Shown here piece by piece: positions 17,269 through 26,246 of a stretch of 64,000 bases of DNA. Under the pieces are notes generated by a model. The model ran no database searches. It was not told where the DNA came from and was given only the letters and a program-made list of their open reading frames with translations. Both the position numbers and the translations under genes were made by a program. This DNA comes from an uncultured Clostridia bacterium. Lineage in GTDB: Bacteria > Bacillota > Clostridia > Christensenellales > UBA1242. The stretch's first letter is position 1; each line of letters opens with the position of its first letter. The stretch is from assembly GCA_944381205.1 (NCBI GenBank), contig CALWKG010000002.1:20464-84463 (forward strand), given 5' to 3'.

Positions 17269-18813
17269 CTATAATATTCTAAACAATTTTACCCCTTTTG
17301 TGAATAAAATCAAGGAAAAGATTACAAAAAGTACAATTAAAAGAGCCAAAAACCCCAAACTTAATGGCAGTATTGGTAGTTCAAAAATTAAAAATAGCAT
17401 TACTGGCAATAAAGTTATAACAAGTCCAATCAGCAAAGTTAGTAATACTGACATACTTTGTTTTATCACCTTGGCTTCATCATCAAAATCTAGCATAGGG
17501 TGTCTTAGGTTGATGTAAAGTCCTAAAACAGACATAGTGAGAGTAAGCACTGTTGGGATAAGAATAAGCAAAACAGAAAAAATTATATTAAATTTAAAGT
17601 ATATGGATAAAAATATTCCCGCGATAACTATTGGGGTAAGAACTATAATGTTATGAAAAAGCAATTTTGATAAAAATATTGTCTTGATCTTTATTGGCAT
17701 AGATTTTAAAAACCATATACTTTTACCTTCTAGGGAAATGCTAACTGCCGATATTGTAGATGTGCAACTCATAAATGATATTACGATTGTACTTATTGCA
17801 AAGATATATGTTGTCACATCTCCTAGTGGGCTAAGCATTGCGGAAAGATTTAGATTAATCGATAGAATACAAAATATGATTATCATTACAGGACCCATTG
17901 ATGTATTTACAAGATAAGTTGGGGAAGAAAAATAATTATTAAATTCTTTTTTTAAAAGTAAATTTAATGGGGTGTTGTTTTGTTTAAATTTTAAATCTTT
18001 ATTTTTTGATTTATATGCTACAAATATTTTGCCGTAGTTCAAAGTAAATAGTAAGGTTCCTAACAAAAAGACTCCTAATGTTAGCACTAATGTTATTAAT
18101 ACGTTTTGTATGTTTGGGCTAAATAAATAATTTAAAAGAGTATTTGAAATTGGTTTTGTTTCAAAATAAGATTTAATCATGGTTTCGTCTAAAAAACCAT
18201 AGTTTACGGACACAATCATAATAAATACAAATACTATACCAAATAAAAACAGGGAAAATAAAGACTTAAAAACCCCAGCAAATCTAGTTTTATTAAAAAG
18301 TCTTGATATAATAAAATCTAGTATATAAGTTAGTCCCACACTTAAAAGAGGTAAGAGTAAAATCAAAGTTACAGACATTAATATAAAGCCTATATTTATC
18401 CCGTAAGAAATCGAATAAATTACTACGTAAGGAACAAAGACTATGCAGGTAAAAAATAAGTCATATAAATATTTATTTAAGGTTTTTGATAAAATAATTA
18501 TGTATTTTTTTATAGGTAAAGATAGCAAAAAATCACTATCACTTGTTGGAGTGTTATTACTTGTGGCTCTTAAACACCCCAAAACAAAAAGGGTAACGAG
18601 AATGGTAAAAATTCCGTTAAAAATTGCAAATTGATTTCCTAAAAAACTAAAACTACTTATTGTAGAGTAAGCATTGTATGAAAATACTGCAACAAGTAGA
18701 ACAATCATTATTGCAAAAGTAAGTAAACTTGACCTACTTTTACCCCGTCTTTGAGTTACACTACCAATCATCATATTAAAACTGTTTTTTAAAAGTATCC
18801 AAAGGTTACGCAT
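17269..18813 (-). CDS. ABC transporter permease (polytopic, exporter-like)
   Basis: 514 aa, hydrophobic throughout with more than 10 predicted TM stretches. Its ATG overlaps the ATPase stop (ATGCGTAA). Confidence 0.65.
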   Translation of the reverse strand: MRNLWILLKNSFNMMIGSVTQRRGKSRSSLLTFAIMIVLLVAVFSYNAYSTISSFSFLGNQFAIFNGIFTILVTLFVLGCLRATSNNTPTSDSDFLLSLPIKKYIIILSKTLNKYLYDLFFTCIVFVPYVVIYSISYGINIGFILMSVTLILLLPLLSVGLTYILDFIISRLFNKTRFAGVFKSLFSLFLFGIVFVFIMIVSVNYGFLDETMIKSYFETKPISNTLLNYLFSPNIQNVLITLVLTLGVFLLGTLLFTLNYGKIFVAYKSKNKDLKFKQNNTPLNLLLKKEFNNYFSSPTYLVNTSMGPVMIIIFCILSINLNLSAMLSPLGDVTTYIFAISTIVISFMSCTSTISAVSISLEGKSIWFLKSMPIKIKTIFLSKLLFHNIIVLTPIVIAGIFLSIYFKFNIIFSVLLILIPTVLTLTMSVLGLYINLRHPMLDFDDEAKVIKQSMSVLLTLLIGLVITLLPVMLFLIFELPILPLSLGFLALLIVLFVIFSLILFTKGVKLFRIL

Positions 18814-19516
18814 TTTCGCTCCTTAAAAACACATCTTCTAGCGAACTATCTTTTTTAATGTCTTCCATATTGCCAGATTTGACAATTTTTCCGTCTTTAA
18901 TTATTGCGACTTTATTGCAAAGTTTTTCGGCTACTTCAAGTACGTGTGTAGAAAAAAATATCGCTCCGCCGTGAGAAACAAAGTCTTTCATAATTTCCTT
19001 CACTAAAAAACTTGCCTTAGGGTCCAAAGCAACAAATGGTTCGTCTAGTACGAGCAATTTTGGAGAGTGGATAAAGGCAGAAATTAGGTTTAGTTTTTGT
19101 TTCATACCGTGAGAGTACGTTGATATAGGATTATTTAGTTCGTCTGCTATTTCTAGCATTGTTGCATATTTTTGGGTAAGTTGTTTGCGGGTAGATATAT
19201 CTACATTGTAAATATCTGCTACTAAATTTATATATTGTATGCCGGTTAGGGTAGTGTAAAGGTCAGGATTATCTGGTATGTAAGCCATTAGTTTTTTACA
19301 TTCTATCGGACTTGTTTTGATAGAGATACCGTCTATTAAAATATCTCCGTTGGTTACTTCTTGTATGCCAACTATACATTTTATCGTTGTTGTTTTTCCT
19401 GCACCATTGTGTCCTATAAAGGCATAAATGTCGCCAGCACAAACATCTAGATTAATATCTTTGGCTCCAACTTTGCCGTTAGGATAAATTTTTGTAAAAT
19501 TAATTAATTTTAACAT
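18806..19516 (-). CDS. ABC transporter ATP-binding protein
   Basis: Walker A GHNGAGKTTT, signature-like YSHGMKQKL, Walker B LLVLDEP. Confidence 0.9.
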   Translation of the reverse strand: MLKLINFTKIYPNGKVGAKDINLDVCAGDIYAFIGHNGAGKTTTIKCIVGIQEVTNGDILIDGISIKTSPIECKKLMAYIPDNPDLYTTLTGIQYINLVADIYNVDISTRKQLTQKYATMLEIADELNNPISTYSHGMKQKLNLISAFIHSPKLLVLDEPFVALDPKASFLVKEIMKDFVSHGGAIFFSTHVLEVAEKLCNKVAIIKDGKIVKSGNMEDIKKDSSLEDVFLRSENA

Positions 19517-19629
19517 TTATTTTTCCTTTTACTCTTCAAATTTAACACTAATACAGTTTAGTATATAAGTATTTCTGATAAGGTGTCAATTATTAATCAA
19601 AAATATTTTATTTTTGTCAAAATTACCCC

Positions 19630-19657
19630 TTGAAAAATATATTATTTGTGATACAAT
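19630..19657 (+). promoter_or_regulatory. sigma-A type promoter for the two small ORFs
   Basis: TTGAAA (19630-19635), a 16-nt spacer, then TACAAT (19652-19657) preceded by TGA (extended -10). Confidence 0.5.
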
Positions 19658-19686
19658 ATTTTCATATTAAAAAAAGGGGATAAAAA

Positions 19687-20064
19687 ATGAGCAGTAAAAA
19701 TGAGAGAAGAACATTTTGTTTGGAGGAAAGTTTAAGAAACGAGATGGAAATTAGATATGGTAGCGATGTGCTAAGGTCCAGAGATGCCATCGCAGGGGCT
19801 ATTTGTTTCGCGCCAGAAAGGGGTTGTATTAAGGACTATGGCCCAGATGAAACAGTTTGTGGAGTTAAGATAATAGATTCCACAAAAGTAGTACCAAGCA
19901 CACAATATGGTGTTTATGGCTTCAATAAGGGGAACTGTGTTTATTTTGGAGAAATAGGCAAGATAGAGGGAATAGATTTAAGGCAAAAAGTAAGAGAAGT
20001 AGGCGACTTTTTATTTAAAAATTTAAAAAATAAACAACAAGAAGAAGCAGAAAGAGAAATGTAA
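19687..20064 (+). CDS. hypothetical protein (125 aa)
   Basis: ORF with AAGGGGA SD. I recognise no motif. Confidence 0.5.
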   Translation: MSSKNERRTFCLEESLRNEMEIRYGSDVLRSRDAIAGAICFAPERGCIKDYGPDETVCGVKIIDSTKVVPSTQYGVYGFNKGNCVYFGEIGKIEGIDLRQKVREVGDFLFKNLKNKQQEEAEREM

Positions 20065-20086
20065 TCTAAATCCTTTTGGGGGAAAA

Positions 20087-20437
20087 ATGGAAGATAACAA
20101 GATTTTAAAGGCAAAGATTTTGCAAACTTTGTGGGGAGAAAAAGGCAAAGACGAAAACGGCAAGACCGTTATTTCCAGCAATATTGCAGAACTTAGAATT
20201 ATTTATAAAGAGCAAAGCAAAAATGGCTTGTTTGTTGCTAGCAAGGGAGAAGAAGTTTATTCTTCTTGTAAAAAGGCCTTGTTTTCTTCTGTTCTAGGCT
20301 TTAATGACTTTGGTGAAAATATCTTTAACCAAAGGATAGATGATGGGAACATAGAAGATAAAGATTTGGTAATTATGACACAAAATGCAGCACGTGGATT
20401 TGTGGGAGTTAGGTTGGAAGAAGACCGTGAGTTTTAA
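20087..20437 (+). CDS. hypothetical protein (116 aa)
   Basis: ORF with GGGGGA SD, 22 nt after the preceding ORF. I recognise no motif. Confidence 0.5.
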   Translation: MEDNKILKAKILQTLWGEKGKDENGKTVISSNIAELRIIYKEQSKNGLFVASKGEEVYSSCKKALFSSVLGFNDFGENIFNQRIDDGNIEDKDLVIMTQNAARGFVGVRLEEDREF

Positions 20438-20444
20438 AATAAAA

Positions 20445-20485
20445 AAATCTCTTTGAAGTCAAGAAATTTTCAAAGAGATTTTTTA
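20445..20485. terminator. bidirectional intrinsic terminator
   Basis: AAATCTCTTTGAA-(11 nt)-TTCAAAGAGATTT with an A-run before and a T-run after. It lies between convergent units. Confidence 0.75.
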
Positions 20486-20614
20486 TGCTCATTTGTAAAA
20501 AATAGATTTAACTATTTATTATTATTTGCTTAAAATATAATAAAAGTTATTATTTTTTTGTACGAATTTTTAGCAGGATAGATTGTTTATTTTGAGAAAT
20601 TATAAAAAAATTTT

Positions 20615-21640
20615 TTATGTCAAGGTTGCAAGGGCAATTATCCCGCCAATCAGAGCAATAAAGCCAAGTATTGTAAAAAATATTTTCCACTTAGACCTAG
20701 GGGCACTGCCAGAAACCCTTCCGTTTTCGCCATTGACATAGTAAGTATAGGATTTTGAGTTGTATTTATATGTACCCTTATAAATTGGTAAATAAACGTA
20801 GGCGTATTTTTCATTGCTAAACTGAGTTTGGCAAGAAAAGTTCTCTAACCTATCATAAGTGCTGTTAAGTTTATTTTGTATAGCACTTGAAATAGTATTT
20901 GATACATTCCTGCGCATATTTTTTTCGCTAGTTTGTAAATCAATTTTTACTGCTTCGCCAAACAGCCCATATAAATATTCAGGTCTATATACCAAAATAT
21001 CATTGGTACTAAAATTACCCAAACTTCTTAATTTGCTAGACGAAATAGAAGGTGAAGCACTTTCTATATAGCCGGTCATTTTGTCAAATTGATTTCTGTT
21101 AAAAAATTGTCTTGAATAAGACACTCTGCCATCGTGACGCCTATGGCTTTTTATGCCTATGCCCGAGTAATGAGTAAAGGCATCAAAGTCATACACGTAT
21201 GCAGGTAAATAAATTCCAGTTAAAGTGTCACTTTTTGCTTGTTTTTTAAGGTTGTTTGGGGCAAAACGTTGACGACTTAGCCATGCTTTTAACTTATTTA
21301 TTGCAGTTTGTTTGTTTATTTTAAAAGGCTCTATGCCGTCTGGCTCGTAATCAATTCTATTGGTTTTTGTCAAATTGCTATCGCCACAAGATGGGCATCT
21401 TAAAAGTTCACTATCAGTATGTGTTACGTGCTCTCTGCCACAGGTATTACAAATATAGGTTGTGTATTCTGTTTGACTTTTTGAAATTTCACTGGTATCC
21501 GTAAAATCTTTTTTTTGTAGAGTTTGCATTTCACTGTTTATGTTCACAACAGAAGAACAGTGTGTGCAACGCAAATTTTGACTATCCACATCAAAGATTA
21601 ACATTCCACCACAGTTTTGACATTTAGTAGAGTTGACCAT
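20615..21640 (-). CDS. zinc-ribbon protein with C-terminal TM anchor (YdjG-like)
   Basis: Two CxxC..CxxC ribbons (CQNCGG..CTHCSS; CNTCGR..CPSCGD) and a C-terminal helix FFTILGFIALIGGIIALATL. ATG 21640 has AGGAG 7 nt upstream; the track begins one codon earlier at a TTG. Confidence 0.6.
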   Translation of the reverse strand: MVNSTKCQNCGGMLIFDVDSQNLRCTHCSSVVNINSEMQTLQKKDFTDTSEISKSQTEYTTYICNTCGREHVTHTDSELLRCPSCGDSNLTKTNRIDYEPDGIEPFKINKQTAINKLKAWLSRQRFAPNNLKKQAKSDTLTGIYLPAYVYDFDAFTHYSGIGIKSHRRHDGRVSYSRQFFNRNQFDKMTGYIESASPSISSSKLRSLGNFSTNDILVYRPEYLYGLFGEAVKIDLQTSEKNMRRNVSNTISSAIQNKLNSTYDRLENFSCQTQFSNEKYAYVYLPIYKGTYKYNSKSYTYYVNGENGRVSGSAPRSKWKIFFTILGFIALIGGIIALATLT

Positions 21641-21672
21641 CAAAATACTCCTTTGAAATATTTACGGGACGT

Positions 21673-22737
21673 TTATTTTATTTTTGTCCCACATTCTGGG
21701 CAAAACTTTGCTTTCGCGCTAAGTTCGGCACCACAGTTAGGGCAATTTGGTTTGACGTCCCCGCCTAGTTTATTGCCACATTCTACGCAAAATTTAGCAT
21801 TTTTAGCATTTTTTGCTCCACAATTTGGGCAAAACTTAACTGCTTTTTGTGGAGAAGATGGGGCAGATTGTTCTTTTTGAGAAGAAGATATGGAAGATTT
21901 TATCATTTCACCTATTGCCATACCTGTGCCCAGTTGAGCCCCTAATCCGCCGACTCCTTGATTTTTTGCAAAGTCACCAATGGCTTCTGCTGATTTGAAT
22001 TTTACGTAGGTGTCCATATTATTTTTCATAACACCCATAGAACTTTGAGTATCTATTGCTTTTTCTACTTGTTCAGGGAAGGAAATATTTTCGACAACAA
22101 AGTTAGTAAGTTCTAGTCCAATTGAACCAAATTGTTCGTTTAGTTTATCCCTTACGATTTTGTTAAACTCCATTAAATTGCAGGCAAGGTCTAATGCGCT
22201 GATTTTACTTTCGGCAATTGTATCACTGATGCCAGACACTAGCATACTTTTTAGGTATGATACAATACTTTCGGTAGTATAGAGAGAGTTTGTACCAAAT
22301 ACTTCTTGCAAAAAAACCTTTGCATCTTTTACTCTAAAAGCAAAACTGCCATAGCCTTTTATTCTGATAGAGCCAAAGTCTTTATCTCTCATAACAATAG
22401 GGTTAGTAGTGCCCCATTTTTGATTAGTAAACTGCTTTGTGTTTACAAAGAATACGTCTGCCGTAAATGGTGACTTAAACCCTCGTGGCCAAGCAAGAAT
22501 CGACGACAAAATAGGTAAGTTGTTTACAATTAAAGTATGTATGCCAGGTGTAAAAACATCAGCGATTTTACCTTTTACCATAAAAATTGCAACTTGGGAC
22601 TCTCTAACAGTAAGTTTAGAGCCAATCATAATTTCCCGTCCTTCCATAGGGAATTTGTAAACCATAGTATTTTGACTAGGGTCAGTCCAGTCTATATTTT
22701 TTAAAAGTTGTGATTTAAACCAACTAAATAATCCCAT
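21673..22737 (-). CDS. SPFH/band-7-like protein with C-terminal double zinc ribbon (YdjI-like)
   Basis: N-terminus MGLFSWFKSQLLKNIDWTD. The tail KFCPNCGAKN..KFCVECGNK..CPNCGAEL..KFCPECGTK forms zinc ribbons. AGGAG SD. Confidence 0.65.
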   Translation of the reverse strand: MGLFSWFKSQLLKNIDWTDPSQNTMVYKFPMEGREIMIGSKLTVRESQVAIFMVKGKIADVFTPGIHTLIVNNLPILSSILAWPRGFKSPFTADVFFVNTKQFTNQKWGTTNPIVMRDKDFGSIRIKGYGSFAFRVKDAKVFLQEVFGTNSLYTTESIVSYLKSMLVSGISDTIAESKISALDLACNLMEFNKIVRDKLNEQFGSIGLELTNFVVENISFPEQVEKAIDTQSSMGVMKNNMDTYVKFKSAEAIGDFAKNQGVGGLGAQLGTGMAIGEMIKSSISSSQKEQSAPSSPQKAVKFCPNCGAKNAKNAKFCVECGNKLGGDVKPNCPNCGAELSAKAKFCPECGTKIK

Positions 22738-22753
22738 AATAATCTCCTTAAAT

Positions 22754-23194
22754 TTACCTTAAAATTATACTCGTGTTTATGGCTGTAATTTCTTGACCTT
22801 CACCCAAAACTACACTTTGATTGTGATGGTACTCTTTAACATAATCGCCAATTCTTACGTTAAAACTTTCTTCTTCACCCTTTGTAGATAAAAGCACGTA
22901 TTTGCCCGGCTTTACTTTGTTTTTTATACCTACTATTTGGGTGTCGTTAGGGTTTAATACTATGTCTTTTTGCGATAGCGAAATATTCATATTTCCATCT
23001 TCGTCCACAACGGTTTGGTCAATGGTATATCTCATACCATTTTTGGTAACTACGTCGTCAACTTCGCGCTCCTTTAATCCTTTTAGAGTTTTAGAAAAAC
23101 GAAAGTTAATGAAAATAAGTAGCAAAAATTGTACCACACACGCAATGCCTAATATTAAACAAATAATTTCGATAGTGCTCAATTTGACCTCCAA
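22754..23194 (-). CDS. small single-pass membrane protein
   Basis: 146 aa with TM helix IICLILGIACVVQFLLLIFI. First gene of the three-gene operon. The start is uncertain: TTG 23194, or the TTG four codons later behind GGAGG. Confidence 0.5.
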   Translation of the reverse strand: MEVKLSTIEIICLILGIACVVQFLLLIFINFRFSKTLKGLKEREVDDVVTKNGMRYTIDQTVVDEDGNMNISLSQKDIVLNPNDTQIVGIKNKVKPGKYVLLSTKGEEESFNVRIGDYVKEYHHNQSVVLGEGQEITAINTSIILR

Positions 23195-23339
23195 TAAAAA
23201 AATTCATTATTACTATATAAAATTTTACAAAAAAGAGCAAGTAAAAATACCAAGTTAATAACTATAAAATTGCTTTGAAATTTTTTGATTAAAAAGTATA
23301 ATAAATCATCAATCAATGATTTTTAAGGGGAAAAAGATA

Positions 23340-24731
23340 ATGAAAATAGGCACATCGGGTTTTAGGGGAATAATTGCTGATGAATTTACTAGGGAAGAAG
23401 TTTGCAAAATTATAGAGTGTACTTGTAAGATTATAGAAAAAAACAACTTTAAACGTCTGGTTGTTGTTGGTTATGATAATAGGTTTATGTCTGATATATT
23501 TGCAAAATACGCAGTGGGAGTTTTTTCTGCTCACGGGATAAAATCTTTTTTGACTCCTACAAGTGTAGCATCACCAGTGATTAGTTTTGCGGGAAAGTAC
23601 GAAGATTGTGATTTATCAATCATAATAACCGCTAGTCATAATCCTTACGTGTATAACGGGATAAAAATTTTTTCTAAAAATGGGCAAGATTTAAGTCTAG
23701 ATATTGAACAACAATATAACAAATATTTGCCAAAAATAAAAAGATTTAAATATCTAAGTTTTGATGAATGTGTAAATCGCAACCTTATCGAGTATAAGGA
23801 CTATACAAAGCAATATGTTAATAATATTCTGTCACTTTTAAAATATAAAGACATTAAATTAAAGACAATGTTTAACGTTATGAGTGGTTCTAGCCTAAAC
23901 GGAATAGTCGAGTTAAAAAACAAACTTAAATTAGATGTAGAAATTGTAAATACTCATAGGGACCCTTTGTTTAATTATGGGGCGCCTATTCCTAGTGAAG
24001 AAAATTTAAAAGAATTTAGAAAAATTGCTTTAAAAAACAAAATAGATTTTGCTTTTGCGACAGATGGCGATGGGGATAGGGTGGCGGTTATAGATGAAAA
24101 GGGCAATTATTTAAATGGCAACGAGATTGCAAGTTTAATATACTATTTTGCAGTTAAAGAAAAGGGGTTAAAAGGCGGTTTTGTAAAAAACTATTCATTT
24201 TCTTTACTCATTGATAAAATTTGCAAAAAATATAACTGCGAATTATTTGAAACACCTGTTGGGTTTAAATATATTAGTCAAAAACTGATTGATACAAATT
24301 CTCTTGTTGGAGCAGAAAATAGTGGCTGCGAAATTAAGGGTAATGTATATACAAAGGACGGCTTGGTTTTATATGCACTACTACTTGAAATAGTGAATTT
24401 TTATAAAAAGCCACTTTCTAAAATAGTCAGCGACTTAAAAAAAGATGTTGGCTATAAAATGTATTATAAAGAGTACTCTTTTAAGGTAAAAAACAAGCAA
24501 AAAATTATAAAATACTTGCAAACAAACAATCCACAATTTAAAAAACAAGTTATAAGTACCGGCAATTTGGACGGTTTTAAATACTTTTTCGTAGATGGAA
24601 CGTGGGCACTTATAAGGTTTAGTGGTACAGAAAATTTGTTGAGATTGGTTTGCGAAATGAATAGCGAACAAGAAATGAGTGAAGTAATTTCATATTTAGA
24701 AAATTTTGCAAATGAAATAAGTGAAAAATAA
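23340..24731 (+). CDS. alpha-D-phosphohexomutase family protein (phosphoglucomutase/phosphomannomutase)
   Basis: GTSGFRG, catalytic loop ITASHNPYVYNGIK, metal loop FATDGDGDR, and GAENSG. ATG 23340 behind AAGGGGA is preferred over track start 23316. Confidence 0.88.
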   Translation: MKIGTSGFRGIIADEFTREEVCKIIECTCKIIEKNNFKRLVVVGYDNRFMSDIFAKYAVGVFSAHGIKSFLTPTSVASPVISFAGKYEDCDLSIIITASHNPYVYNGIKIFSKNGQDLSLDIEQQYNKYLPKIKRFKYLSFDECVNRNLIEYKDYTKQYVNNILSLLKYKDIKLKTMFNVMSGSSLNGIVELKNKLKLDVEIVNTHRDPLFNYGAPIPSEENLKEFRKIALKNKIDFAFATDGDGDRVAVIDEKGNYLNGNEIASLIYYFAVKEKGLKGGFVKNYSFSLLIDKICKKYNCELFETPVGFKYISQKLIDTNSLVGAENSGCEIKGNVYTKDGLVLYALLLEIVNFYKKPLSKIVSDLKKDVGYKMYYKEYSFKVKNKQKIIKYLQTNNPQFKKQVISTGNLDGFKYFFVDGTWALIRFSGTENLLRLVCEMNSEQEMSEVISYLENFANEISEK

Positions 24732-25222
24732 TAGAAGTAATTTTAACTTTCCTTGTTTTTACTCTCTTTATTTATCTCTTTTGACTTTAACTTGCATGAC
24801 AATTTTCCAGAAAACTCACTAGTTTTTAAAAAATGCAAACTATTTTTGGACAAAAAACAACTCGCGATTAGAGAGTGGTTTACGGGGCGGGTTGTTAGAT
24901 ATCCAAATAATAATGACTAAACAACTTGTGTACAGTGAGTGAGTTTACAATAATAAAATGTCAAGTACTGTAAGTTATATTGTTGTGAGTGGTGATTTGT
25001 TTCGTTGCGCTACTAAATGAACTATAACTGACATTAAACCTTGGATAATCGTTATTTTGAGCAGGGTAAATAATCTCAAATTCCTAATACAAAGCATACT
25101 AAAAATTACGGCTTAGGGGGTGTAATTTGTGTTGTTTTTAATAAATACTTAAAATGACAAAATAGTTTGGGTGAAAAATTTTTACAACAAACTAAAATAA
25201 AAAATTTATAAGGAAGAAAAAA

Positions 25223-25660
25223 ATGGAAATAAAATTTAAACGGATTTCAAAAGATGCTATATTACCAAAGTATGCCTATAAAGATGATGCGGGAATGGAT
25301 ATTTTTAGTAATGAAGAAGTTTTAATTTCGCATAACTCTTGGGCATTAGTAAAGACGGGTTTTTGTATGGAGTTGCCACACGGATATGAGGCACAAGTTA
25401 GAAGCAAAAGCGGGTTGGCACTTAATAGCGGAATTTTTTGTCTAAATAGTCCCGGGACGATAGACGAAAACTTTCGGGGCGAAGTAGGTGTTATTTTAAT
25501 GAATATTAGCAATAATGATTACTTAGTGAAAAAGAATCAAAAAATAGCCCAAATGGTAATAAACAAAGTAGAACACTTTGACATACAAGTAGTTGATAAT
25601 TTATCACAAACAGAACGTGACATGGGAGGTTTTGGCTCTACGGGAATTGATTATAAATAA
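25223..25660 (+). CDS. dut: dUTP diphosphatase
   Basis: DAGMDI, RSKSGLAL, GTIDENFRGEV and RDMGGFGSTG are the five-motif trimeric dUTPase pattern. Confidence 0.92.
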   Translation: MEIKFKRISKDAILPKYAYKDDAGMDIFSNEEVLISHNSWALVKTGFCMELPHGYEAQVRSKSGLALNSGIFCLNSPGTIDENFRGEVGVILMNISNNDYLVKKNQKIAQMVINKVEHFDIQVVDNLSQTERDMGGFGSTGIDYK

Positions 25661-25732
25661 ATTTTTTATTAATAGTTTGTAATTTTTTTTACCAATCGTT
25701 TTTTTATCAAAAGAACACTAAAAAATTCACTA

Positions 25733-26019
25733 TTTTTTCGCTAATTTTTATGGTTTTTTATTAATATTTTAATGAAATTTTATTGATTTTTTTCTCATTT
25801 TTTCTAATATATCATAAAACAAACTGCCAGTTTTCCATAATTTTTACTGTTTTTTTATAGACATTTTTACTAATTTTATAGTAATTTTTTGCAAAAAATA
25901 TGCTAATTTTTATTAATTTTTTATTAATTTTTGCTGTTTTTTTACTGTTTTTTATTGATTTTTTACTTAATTTTTATGATATTTTTACGATTTTTTTGTG
26001 ATTTATTTATGTTTTTTTT
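25733..26019 (+). repeat. helically phased T-tract array (degenerate 10-11 bp period)
   Basis: T-tracts (T3-T8, mostly 5 or longer) start at 25733, 25745, 25754, 25767, 25778, 25787, 25798 and at 25907, 25917, 25928, 25937, 25948, 25959, 25971, 25982, 25991, 26002, 26012. The last eleven average 10.5 bp apart. Confidence 0.85.
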
Positions 26020-26071
26020 ATTGCTTTTCATCAAATTTATAAAAAAAATAATAGCCCTAGTAGAGCAAAAA

Positions 26072-26176
26072 AATTAAAATTATTTGTTAAAGTTCTAAAA
26101 TAAAGTTTGTTAACTCCTAAGATAAAATATGTTTTGTAGTTTTAAAATAAAAAAACAATTAAAATTATTTGTTAAA
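26072..26176 (+). repeat. perfect 20-bp direct repeat, two copies 85 bp apart
   Basis: AATTAAAATTATTTGTTAAA at 26072-26091 and 26157-26176, upstream of the 26247 gene. Confidence 0.85.
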
Positions 26177-26246
26177 AACTGGTTTTGTGTTATGATTAGG
26201 TAATTTATAGCCTATAAAAAAAGAAGACTATGTTGTTGGAGGAATA

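Noticed and set aside
21617-21880. 87-aa plus-strand ORF.
   Set aside because: It is antisense to the zinc-ribbon tail of the SPFH gene and the start of the YdjG-like gene, and is an artefact of the repeated CxxC coding sequence.
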